From an uncultured delta proteobacterium (lineage in GTDB: Bacteria > Desulfobacterota > Desulfobacteria > Desulfobacterales > B30-G6), in NCBI GenBank assembly GCA_963823335.1, contig CAWGLD010000005.1:416001-480000 (forward strand): a DNA stretch of 64,000 nt, given 5' to 3'. Shown one piece after another: positions 28,998-37,691 of this stretch (position 1 is the first letter of the stretch; each line of letters starts with the position of its first letter). Under the pieces are notes generated by a model. It saw only the letters and a list, made by a program, of their open reading frames with translations, was not told where the DNA came from and made no database searches. A program made the translations under genes and the position numbers.

Positions 28998-30926
28998 ATG
29001 GCGCGGTTTAACTCGCCTGAAGATTTAGAGAACTTCAGACAAGAGATATTATCAAAAAGAGACCCAAACAAACCTTGCATTTCCATATGTGCCGGTGCGG
29101 GTTGTATTGCATCCGGTGCGGATGAAGTTATAACGGCCTTTAGAGCAGAAATTGAGAAAGAGGGTTTACAGGCTGAAGTGCACACCAAAGGGACCGGGTG
29201 CCCTGGATTTTGTGAGAGAGGGCCCGTTGTGGTTATTTATCCCCAGGAGATATGCTATCTCCAGGTAACGGCCGGAGATGTTCCCGAGATTATCTCCCAG
29301 ACCATAAAAGAGAAGAAGGTCGTTGATCGTCTGCTCTACAAGGACCCTGTCACAGGAGAACGGGCCATCCATGAATCCGATATTGCTTTTTACAACAGTC
29401 AACAGCGCACAGTTCTCTGTAATAATATCAAGGTCGATTCCAGGAGCATCGATGACTATTTGGCCATAGATGGTTATTCTGCATTGGCCAAAGCCCTTTC
29501 ACAGATGACCGCTGTAGACGTATTGGAGGAGGTCAAAAAGTCCAACCTGAGAGGAAGAGGCGGGGCCGGTTTTCCCGCCGGGAGAAAGTGGGAAGGATCC
29601 CGCAACGCCCCTGAACCAATTAAATATGTGATTGTCAACGCCGATGAGGGTGACCCTGGGGCATTTATGGATAGAGCGCTTCTTGAAGGAAATCCTCATT
29701 CCATCCTTGAGGGCTTGATCATCGGTGGTTATGCCATCGGCTCTAACGAGGGCTATATTTATGTTCGACAAGAATACCCCCTGGCAGTAAAGAACATAAC
29801 TCTCGCCATCAAACAGGCCGAAGCCTATGGGCTGCTGGGGAAAAATATTCTTGGTTCAGGTTTTGAATTCAACGTGTTTGTGCACCAGGGGGCCGGCGCT
29901 TTTGTGTGTGGCGAATCAACTGCGCTGATGACGGCACTGGAAGGGAGGGTCGGAGAACCTCGACCAAAGTATGTCCGCTCCAACGTCAAGGGGCTCTGGC
30001 AAAGACCCAGCGTGTTGAACAATGTCGAAACATGGGCCAATGTGCCGCTCATCATCAATAATGGTGCGGACTGGTTTACCCAAATTGGCACCGAAGGCAG
30101 CAAGGGCACGAAGATCTTTTCTCTGGTCGGTAAGATAACCAATACAGGGCTTGTGGAAGTGCCCATGGGCATGACCCTGAAAGATATCATCTACAAGATC
30201 GGAGGGGGTATCCCTGGTGGCAAGAAATTCAAAGCAGTTCAGACCGGAGGACCTTCCGGGGGGTGTATTCCAGAGAGCCAGTTGGATTTGGAAGTTGGAT
30301 TCGATGAACTTACCAAGGCCGGCTCAATGATGGGATCCGGGGGGATGATTGTCATGGATGAAGATACCTGTATGGTGGATGTTGCCAGGTATTTCATTAA
30401 CTTTCTTACGGATGAATCCTGCGGCAAATGCGTGCCCTGCCGTGAAGGTCTTCGTCAGATGCATCGGATTCTGACGAATATCACTCAAGGAAAGGGCAAA
30501 GAGAGTGACATAGAACTTTTAGAGACGCTGTCTGAGACAGCCGTTGAAGCCTCTCTTTGTGCTTTAGGTAAAAGTGCCCCGAACCCTTTTCTGAGCACCT
30601 TACGCTACTTCAGGGATGAGTATGAGGCCCATATCAAAGAGAAACGATGCCCGGCCCTGTCCTGTAAAGAACTGATCGCTTTCTATATTGAGCCGGGTAA
30701 GTGCCAGGCTTGCGGGATCTGCTATAAGAAGTGCCCTGCAGAGGCCATATACGGCGGCAAGAAAAAAATCCATATCATTGACCAGGAAAAATGCACCACC
30801 TGTGGTACCTGCTTTGAAGTTTGTCCTTCACGATTTGGTGCGGTGATAAAAATATCAGGCGAACCTGTTCCATTGCCTATCCCTGAAGAAGAAAGAATTA
30901 TAATTCGAAAGAGCAAAGAAAAATGA
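28998..30926 (+). CDS. bamH: BCR II NuoF-like FMN/NAD(H)-binding subunit
   Basis: LRGRGGAGFP, NADEGDPG, GAGAFVCGE, ESCGKCVPCREG, C-terminal ferredoxin. Confidence 0.9.
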   Translation: MARFNSPEDLENFRQEILSKRDPNKPCISICAGAGCIASGADEVITAFRAEIEKEGLQAEVHTKGTGCPGFCERGPVVVIYPQEICYLQVTAGDVPEIISQTIKEKKVVDRLLYKDPVTGERAIHESDIAFYNSQQRTVLCNNIKVDSRSIDDYLAIDGYSALAKALSQMTAVDVLEEVKKSNLRGRGGAGFPAGRKWEGSRNAPEPIKYVIVNADEGDPGAFMDRALLEGNPHSILEGLIIGGYAIGSNEGYIYVRQEYPLAVKNITLAIKQAEAYGLLGKNILGSGFEFNVFVHQGAGAFVCGESTALMTALEGRVGEPRPKYVRSNVKGLWQRPSVLNNVETWANVPLIINNGADWFTQIGTEGSKGTKIFSLVGKITNTGLVEVPMGMTLKDIIYKIGGGIPGGKKFKAVQTGGPSGGCIPESQLDLEVGFDELTKAGSMMGSGGMIVMDEDTCMVDVARYFINFLTDESCGKCVPCREGLRQMHRILTNITQGKGKESDIELLETLSETAVEASLCALGKSAPNPFLSTLRYFRDEYEAHIKEKRCPALSCKELIAFYIEPGKCQACGICYKKCPAEAIYGGKKKIHIIDQEKCTTCGTCFEVCPSRFGAVIKISGEPVPLPIPEEERIIIRKSKEK

Positions 30927-31513
30927 GTGAAATCTTTTTACAGATAGATGGAAAAGAAGTGAAAACAACCGAAGGAACGACCGTCCTGGAGGCCGCCCAA
31001 AGTGCGGGAATCTATATTCCCACGCTCTGTCACCACGAAAAGCTGGAACCGTTTGGGGGTTGCCGAATTTGCATCGTGGAAGTAGAATCGCGCGGCTGGA
31101 CCAGGCTCGTTGTTTCCTGTGTTTACCCGGTGGAAGACAAATTGATCGTCAAAACCAGATCCGCGAAAATCGATAGAATACGCAAAACCATTTTAGAGCT
31201 ATTGCTGGCTCATGCCCCGAACTCACGGGTCTTGCAGGATCTGGCTCAGGCGTATGGAGCAGAAAAAAACCGTTTCCCAAAAGAAACCTCGTTTTGTATT
31301 CATTGCGGTCTATGTGTAAGATACTGTGCCGAGGTCAAGAAGAAGAACGCTGTTGGATTCGTTGACAGAGGGATAAGTAAAGAGATCAGTTTTATTCCGG
31401 AAATTGCCTCTAAGGAATGCAATGACTGCAAGGAGTGTTTTCCCCTCTGTCCAACATCGTATCTTCAGGCGGCTTTTGTTTTGACCCAAGCCCTTGCGTT
31501 CGCTAAACAATAA
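30923..31513 (+). CDS. bamI: BCR II NuoG-N-like Fe-S subunit
   Basis: IPTLC..GGCRICIVE..SC; CIHCGLCVRYC; CNDCKECFPLCP. Confidence 0.88.
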   Translation: MSEIFLQIDGKEVKTTEGTTVLEAAQSAGIYIPTLCHHEKLEPFGGCRICIVEVESRGWTRLVVSCVYPVEDKLIVKTRSAKIDRIRKTILELLLAHAPNSRVLQDLAQAYGAEKNRFPKETSFCIHCGLCVRYCAEVKKKNAVGFVDRGISKEISFIPEIASKECNDCKECFPLCPTSYLQAAFVLTQALAFAKQ

Positions 31514-31550
31514 GCCATAAGCTGTAAGCAGCTCATAGCTTACAGCTTAA
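31511..31550. repeat. Inverted heptamer repeat at bamI stop
   Basis: taagccataagctgtaag...atagcttacagcttaa; like 5865-5908. Confidence 0.65.
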
Positions 31551-31633
31551 AAGTGTTTTCGTGAAGATGTTCAGCTAAAAACCCAATACCTAAAAATCTA
31601 TTTATGGAATAGCTAAAAAAGCAGGAGGATATT

Positions 31634-32419
31634 TTGAAAATTCTCACAACAGTAAAAAAAGTAGTTGATGTGGAATTGACCCTCCACGTTGAGAACGGTG
31701 CCATCGTTGAAGACGGTTTGCAGTATGTCATGAATGCCTGGGATGAAAACGCGGTGGAGGCCACGGTACAACTCAAGGAAAATAGCAACGCCGAAACAAC
31801 TCTGGTCAGTATCGGTGGCGGTGAAGAAAACACTAAAATTATTCGCAAAGGCTTTGCCATGGGCATTGAAAACGGGATTCAGATCGATGATCCGGCCTTG
31901 GACAAGGCGGACGCATCCATCTTTGCCAAGGTACTGCAAAAAGTCTATGAGAAGGGAAACTATGATCTTGTTATCCTGGGAAAACAGGCCCAGGATACCG
32001 ACAATGGACAAACCGGGATCCTCTTTGCAGAGTATCAGGGCTTGCCATGCGTAAGTAATGTCATTGCCATCCAAGTGATGGACGATCAGCATATAAAGGT
32101 TTCCAGATTGGGGGATGCCGGAACAGAAAATGTTGAATTGGAAATGCCCGCCGTGGTTACGGTTAGTGATAGTATCAACGAACCCCGGCTGACCCAGATG
32201 CGCGGTATCATGATGGCAAAGAAAAAGAAAATAGATGTCATGGATCTGGCTGCGTTAGGGACGTCGATTGATGAAATCGGAGGTGTGGGTCCGAAATCGG
32301 AAGTCGCTGAATTTATGGCTTCGGAATCACGTAAGGCCGGGCAAAAATATGAAGGCGATGCTGCTGAAATTACCGCCCAGGTTGTCGGTCTTTTGGTTAA
32401 TGAAGCCAAAGTACTATAG
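31634..32419 (+). CDS. etfB: Electron transfer flavoprotein beta subunit
   Basis: MNAWDENAVE, AMG, GKQAQDTDNGQ, INEPR, GIMMAKKK; AGGAGG RBS with TTG start. Confidence 0.93.
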   Translation: MKILTTVKKVVDVELTLHVENGAIVEDGLQYVMNAWDENAVEATVQLKENSNAETTLVSIGGGEENTKIIRKGFAMGIENGIQIDDPALDKADASIFAKVLQKVYEKGNYDLVILGKQAQDTDNGQTGILFAEYQGLPCVSNVIAIQVMDDQHIKVSRLGDAGTENVELEMPAVVTVSDSINEPRLTQMRGIMMAKKKKIDVMDLAALGTSIDEIGGVGPKSEVAEFMASESRKAGQKYEGDAAEITAQVVGLLVNEAKVL

Positions 32420-32513
32420 CCTAAGGTGAGTGTTACAAAATTTAAGGATATGTAATTTTTCCCTACGCTGAAAGCAGCGGGGAAAATCAACTATCATATA
32501 AGGATAAATTATT

Positions 32514-33473
32514 ATGGCGAAAATACTCGTAATCGCAGAAATCAAAGAAGGTGTTCTAAAAGGCAGCACCAGGGAACTTTTGTCAAAAGCCAAAACCATG
32601 GGGGCGGAAACAGCTGTTGTTGGGATTGGCAGCAATATCGAATCGTTAATTCCAGACATGGTAAGCGCCGGTTCCGATACCCAGTATGTCGTCGATGATC
32701 CAGGTTTGGAGCTGTTTTCAGCCGGCCCATACGCAGCCTGTGTCGTCGATGCAGCCAAGCAATTTGGAGCCAAGTTAATCTGGTTCGGTTTTTCCGAAAG
32801 CGGCAAAGCCGCCGCCCCGAGGGTTGCCGCTCAACTGGATGCTGCCTGTGCCACTGAAATCACCGACGTGGTGCTTTACGGGGATCAAATCGAAGTTGTC
32901 AGACCCGCCATTGCCAACAAGGTGATGCAACGCGTCAAAATCAATACCGAGCAACTGGTAGCGGTTGTCAGAGCGGGTGCGTTCGAGGCGGCGGAAGGAA
33001 TCACGGGAACGGAAAACGTCATAAAACTTTCTCCTCCAGCCCCTGATTTAAAGGCCGTGATCAAGGAACTCGTGTCGGATGCAAGCGGTGAAATCGATCT
33101 TGCCGATGCCAACATCGTCATTTCCGTGGGACGCGGCGTGAAAGATCAAACCGGAGTCGATCTTGTAAAAGAGCTGGCTACTGATTTAAAAGCCGGTTTT
33201 GGCTCTTCGCGTGCCATGGTCGATGCGGGTTTCATGGCCCACAATAAACAAGTCGGGCAAACCGGTAAAATTGTTGCACCTTCCCTGTATATGGCCATCG
33301 GTATTTCCGGCGCCATACAGCATCTTGCCGGAATGAACGGTTCAAAAGTGATCCTGGCGGTCAATAAAGATCCCGAAGCCCCCATATTCAATGTGGCTGA
33401 CTATGGTATCGTCGGAGACCTGTTCGAAGTGGTGCCGATTCTGCGGGAGGAAATAAAAAAGCTCAGAGCTTAA
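32514..33473 (+). CDS. etfA: Electron transfer flavoprotein alpha subunit
   Basis: [35 protein letters not shown]. Confidence 0.95.
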   Translation: MAKILVIAEIKEGVLKGSTRELLSKAKTMGAETAVVGIGSNIESLIPDMVSAGSDTQYVVDDPGLELFSAGPYAACVVDAAKQFGAKLIWFGFSESGKAAAPRVAAQLDAACATEITDVVLYGDQIEVVRPAIANKVMQRVKINTEQLVAVVRAGAFEAAEGITGTENVIKLSPPAPDLKAVIKELVSDASGEIDLADANIVISVGRGVKDQTGVDLVKELATDLKAGFGSSRAMVDAGFMAHNKQVGQTGKIVAPSLYMAIGISGAIQHLAGMNGSKVILAVNKDPEAPIFNVADYGIVGDLFEVVPILREEIKKLRA

Positions 33474-33538
33474 CCCTGCCAGATCGATGGGAGGTAAGCA
33501 TAAATCATGGCTCATCGAGTAAAAGAATAAATATTTAA

Positions 33539-33615
33539 TCACGAAAACACGAAAGGACGAAAACACGAAAAGATCATTATTAATTTCGTGTTTTCTATAT
33601 TTCGTGTTTTCGTGA
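33539..33615. repeat. CACGAAA-family repeat R2 between etfA and the membrane oxidoreductase
   Basis: atcacgaaaacacgaaaggacgaaaacacgaaa / tttcgtgttttctatatttcgtgttttcgtgat form a long hairpin. Confidence 0.8.
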
Positions 33616-33679
33616 TATTTTTAACCCAAAACCAAAAATACTAAACACCAAACCCAAAACCAAACTCACAAAGGTAGCC

Positions 33680-35788
33680 ATGAATCCTCTGCTCATGTCT
33701 TTGCTCCTCATTGTCGGGCTGGCGATATTCGGTCGTACAATAGTCCATAAGATTCGATTGCTGATGGCGCTCGAACCCGCCGGCAGGATCAATCACTTCA
33801 AAGCACGGCTCAAGAATTTAATGGTTCTGGCAATGGGTCAGAAGCGCCTGGTGGGAAGGAGAAAGGAGCGTGCTTCTGGGTTAATGCACGCCTTGATCTT
33901 CTGGGGATTCTGCATCCTGTTGATACGCAGCCTGACACTATATGGCGAAGGATTTGTGCATGGGTATACCCTGCCTTTATTTGGTGATCATTACTTGCTG
34001 GGGTATCTCTATATCGCCCTGAAGGACATTATGGAGGGCATTGTGCTGCTGATGGTCATTTACGCTATCATCCGCAGAGCTGTTTTTAAGCCGGAACGGC
34101 TGCACAATACATGGGAAGCATATTTTGTATTGGGAATGATTGGTGTTTTGATGATTTCAGACCTCCTGTATGATGGCGCCCGCTATAACTTGATTGTGCA
34201 GCATAACAACCTGGCGCAGCTTCATTTTTTCAATAACCCCCAGTATGGCTCCGAGTTTCTTTGGACACCTGTTTCCGTGGGGGCAGGGGCCTTCATATCC
34301 GGTATGAATGCCAATGCCGTCGGCTATATCATGGTCTGCATGTTCTGGCTGCATATCATCACCCAGTTGACCTTTCTCAATTTTTTGCCTTTGGGAAAAC
34401 ACTTTCATGTCATCACCGCACTTCCCAATGTTTTTTTTAAAAAACTGGGATATCCCCACCAAAAAACCAGACTTCTGGATTTGGAGGATGAAGCGGCCTG
34501 GGAAGACGAATCCCTGGGAATCAATCACATCCATCAGCTCAACTGGAAACAGGGCCTGGATCTTTACACCTGCACGGAGTGCGGCCGTTGTAAGGAGGTT
34601 TGCCCCACATATATCACTGAAAAACCGTTAAACCTGCATGACTTCAATGACAAACTGAAACTGGAGCTTTTCGATAACGCAGACAATATTATCAAAAGAG
34701 CGAAATTGTCTGCCAAGATCAAACAAAATACCGACATCGATCAGACAGATAACATAAAATCGGAGATGGTCCAGCTAAACAGCCAAAAGCAGCTGATTGG
34801 TGACGTGATATCCCAAGAGACGCTCTGGGCCTGTACCACCTGCCGTGCCTGTGAAGAGGTTTGCCCGGTGACCATCGAACATGTTCCACGTATTATGGCC
34901 ATGAGGCAGGGGCAGACCTTGATGGCTGAAACCTATCCCAAAGAGTTGAATACAGCTCTCAAGGGACTTGAGCGCAATGGCAACCCATGGGGAATCGGGT
35001 ATGATAAACGTGCCGATTGGGCAAATGGATTAAACGTCAAAACAATGGCGGATAATACCGATGCCGACTATTTACTCTGGGTCGGCTGTGCCGGGTCCTT
35101 CGATGATCGCACAAAAAAAGTTTCCACCAGTCTGGTCAAGATCCTGCAAAAAGCCAATGTTGACTTCGCAATTCTGGGTGTGGAAGAAAAATGCACCGGT
35201 GACTTTGCCAGACGTGTTGGCAATGAGATGTTGTTCCAGATGATGGCTCAGGAAAACATAGAAACCTTGAACAATTACAAGGTCAAAAAAATTATTGCGG
35301 CCTGCCCCCATTGTCTCAATACCATAAAACATGAGTATCCCCAAATGGGCGGCAATTATCACGTGGTCCATCATTCAGAATTCATCGCTCAACTCGTGAA
35401 AGAGGGCCGAATTACCTTAAACAAATCATTGGCAGGATCTTTGACCTACCATGACCCTTGTTATTTGGGACGCTACAATTCAATATATGAGCAACCCAGA
35501 TCGATATTGAAATCCATATCAAAAGAGGGGCTCAAAGAACTCCAGCGGCATGGTCGGGAAAGTTTTTGTTGTGGCGCCGGTGGGGGGAGGATGTGGATGG
35601 AGGAAACCATCGGTAAGAGAATCAATCTGGAACGGGCACAAGAAATTGCTGGTCAGCAGATAGCCAATGTGGCGGTCGGCTGTCCGTTCTGCTTGACCAT
35701 GATTGAAGACGGCATGAAAGAACTAGATAAAGACGAGCAAGTCAAGACACTGGATATCGCTGAGCTGGTGGCAAACAATATGACGTGA
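33680..35788 (+). CDS. Membrane heme-b/Fe-S oxidoreductase, probable ETF:(methyl)menaquinone oxidoreductase (EMO/HdrF-like)
   Basis: N-terminal TM domain with His (MHALIFWGF, WLH, KHFH); CTECGRC...CP and CTTCRAC...CP; two CCG domains; directly after etfBA. Confidence 0.85.
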   Translation: MNPLLMSLLLIVGLAIFGRTIVHKIRLLMALEPAGRINHFKARLKNLMVLAMGQKRLVGRRKERASGLMHALIFWGFCILLIRSLTLYGEGFVHGYTLPLFGDHYLLGYLYIALKDIMEGIVLLMVIYAIIRRAVFKPERLHNTWEAYFVLGMIGVLMISDLLYDGARYNLIVQHNNLAQLHFFNNPQYGSEFLWTPVSVGAGAFISGMNANAVGYIMVCMFWLHIITQLTFLNFLPLGKHFHVITALPNVFFKKLGYPHQKTRLLDLEDEAAWEDESLGINHIHQLNWKQGLDLYTCTECGRCKEVCPTYITEKPLNLHDFNDKLKLELFDNADNIIKRAKLSAKIKQNTDIDQTDNIKSEMVQLNSQKQLIGDVISQETLWACTTCRACEEVCPVTIEHVPRIMAMRQGQTLMAETYPKELNTALKGLERNGNPWGIGYDKRADWANGLNVKTMADNTDADYLLWVGCAGSFDDRTKKVSTSLVKILQKANVDFAILGVEEKCTGDFARRVGNEMLFQMMAQENIETLNNYKVKKIIAACPHCLNTIKHEYPQMGGNYHVVHHSEFIAQLVKEGRITLNKSLAGSLTYHDPCYLGRYNSIYEQPRSILKSISKEGLKELQRHGRESFCCGAGGGRMWMEETIGKRINLERAQEIAGQQIANVAVGCPFCLTMIEDGMKELDKDEQVKTLDIAELVANNMT

Positions 35789-35875
35789 GCATAGGTTACT
35801 ACGGCAACTTATACAATCGCTCAACTTAGGTTAAGCATCTCACTCGACCCCTTGTTGAATGCTAGGACGCTAGAA

Positions 35876-35960
35876 TGCTTGGAAGCTGGGATGCTGCTGT
35901 TTGCTTATAGCTGTCAGCCACCCTCGAACCCTTGTATCACCCTCGGACCTTTGAACCCTA
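35876..35960 (-). repeat. G-rich element R3 starting at the stop codon of the CPBP gene
   Basis: Reverse complement TAGggttcaaaggtccgagggtgatacaagggttcgagggtggctgacagctataagcaaacagcagcatcccagcttccaagcat. Confidence 0.85.
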
Positions 35961-36590
35961 TGTATTAAAAGGCAGCCACAAGAAGACGGTTACATCCCAG
36001 AGAGTATGGCTGACAACGTTCAGTGTGATGGAACCGTACCGGAGATACAGGTATCCCCAGAACAGGCCACACACAGCGGCTGCCAGAACGAGCATGGCAT
36101 TGCCGCTGCCTAGATGAACGAGCGTATAAATGGCGGTTGCCAAGAAAAAACCCATATATTTGCCTGTCTTTTCTTGAAGTCTGCGCTGAAGAAATCCCCG
36201 CCAGAAAAGTTCTTCCCCGGGCCCGATAATGAAAAACATCAGAACGGCGATGCGAAACCTGGAGGCGCCCATCTTGAACGCATAGACATCCTGGATACCA
36301 CTCCCCGCAAAGGAAAAGATGTTTCTCGAAAGGAAATTTCCTACAGCAAAAACCAGGTATAAAAGCACTGCAGAAAGGACACCCATACCGATCTTGAAAT
36401 GGATGTTTCCAGCCAAATCCTGGCTCAGGGAAGAACGCCAAGCCGGGTCAAAAAAGGCGGCGATGGCAATCAGAATGATCAGATTGGCGGAGAGCCACCA
36501 CCAGAAATCGATGGGTCCCAAGCCTCTTGTGACGAATAAAGGTACAAAAAGAATGGTGGCTAAAAGGGTTGTCGAGACAATCAATTTCAT
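35958..36590 (-). CDS. CPBP (Abi/CAAX-like) intramembrane glutamic protease
   Basis: EELFWRG, Y-LVH and SHTLWD motifs; multiple TM helices. Confidence 0.9.
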   Translation of the reverse strand: MKLIVSTTLLATILFVPLFVTRGLGPIDFWWWLSANLIILIAIAAFFDPAWRSSLSQDLAGNIHFKIGMGVLSAVLLYLVFAVGNFLSRNIFSFAGSGIQDVYAFKMGASRFRIAVLMFFIIGPGEELFWRGFLQRRLQEKTGKYMGFFLATAIYTLVHLGSGNAMLVLAAAVCGLFWGYLYLRYGSITLNVVSHTLWDVTVFLWLPFNT

Positions 36591-36647
36591 ACAACATAGC
36601 CTAACTGATTAAATTAATAGCGATAATTATCTAAATCCAAGGGAAGC

Positions 36648-37655
36648 TTAATTAAACAGTCCAGACAGAATCGCATCAAGCCCCAGTGCAACGGTACAAA
36701 GAATGCCGAAAAAAAGATTCAGTTGAGCTGTTTCCCCATCCAGCGCAATGAAATCAAGCGGCATTACCGGATTCTTTCTTCGTTGTCCTTTTCTAATAAG
36801 CTTAATAGCCTTGGGAATGGCAAAAAAAGTTACCAGGAATGTCATGGGCATTTGTGGTTGCAGCCCACTAATGATCGATAGAAGCAAGTACAACAAAATG
36901 ATGACAAAGGGAGAGAGGAGCAGAAAGATATAGTAGCCTTCCGAAGCCTTATCCCCCAAAAGACTGGCCATTGTCTGGATACCTCCGGCCTGATCACTCT
37001 GAATGTCACGCCAATTATTAGCGTGTAGGATGCCGACGACGAATATGGACATGGGTATGGCCCAGAGAGCCGGTGTCCAGGAAAGGGTGCCGGTCTGAAC
37101 CGTCCAGGCACCCAGGGAACCGAGGACACCGAAATTCAGGAAAACGGCAAGATCTCCCAGGGCATTGAATTTCAAGGGTATGGGGCCCCATGTATAGAAT
37201 CCACCCACGGCAACACCCGTTATACCGATCCAGAGGATGGGTTTGCCCACACGGCTTAGGATGAACAGGCCGATCATGCTACCGATCAACAGGAAGAACA
37301 ACCCTGCCCTCAATGCCTGGGCAGGTGTAATCCAGCCCCGGACTACGGCACCACTGACGGGATTGACGTTTCGATCGACACCTTTTTTAAAGTCAAAAAC
37401 ATCGTTGAGCAGGTTGCTGCCGGTGTGCAGAAACACCATGCCGAAAAAGGCAGCGATAAAGTGGACCAGATTGAACGGTGTGTTGCCGATGGTGATGGCC
37501 AGAACAGTGCCAAAAATAACCGACATGGTCGAGGCCGGTAAGGCGAATGGGCGTGTGGCAACCAGCCATTTTTTCAGCCATGAGGGTAGTGGCTGGTCCG
37601 GCGTTGAATGATTTCTCATTTCCGCTTCTTTCATCAACAAACAATTTCCTTTCAC
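36648..37655 (-). CDS. UbiA-family prenyltransferase, MenA-like (start may be 37631 or 37619)
   Basis: TRPFALPAS, NLLNDVFDFKKGVD, LGDLAVF, NNWRDIQSD. Confidence 0.85.
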   Translation of the reverse strand: MKGNCLLMKEAEMRNHSTPDQPLPSWLKKWLVATRPFALPASTMSVIFGTVLAITIGNTPFNLVHFIAAFFGMVFLHTGSNLLNDVFDFKKGVDRNVNPVSGAVVRGWITPAQALRAGLFFLLIGSMIGLFILSRVGKPILWIGITGVAVGGFYTWGPIPLKFNALGDLAVFLNFGVLGSLGAWTVQTGTLSWTPALWAIPMSIFVVGILHANNWRDIQSDQAGGIQTMASLLGDKASEGYYIFLLLSPFVIILLYLLLSIISGLQPQMPMTFLVTFFAIPKAIKLIRKGQRRKNPVMPLDFIALDGETAQLNLFFGILCTVALGLDAILSGLFN

Positions 37656-37691
37656 TATAAATTATGAACCCTGACAGCGAGCAAATTTCCC

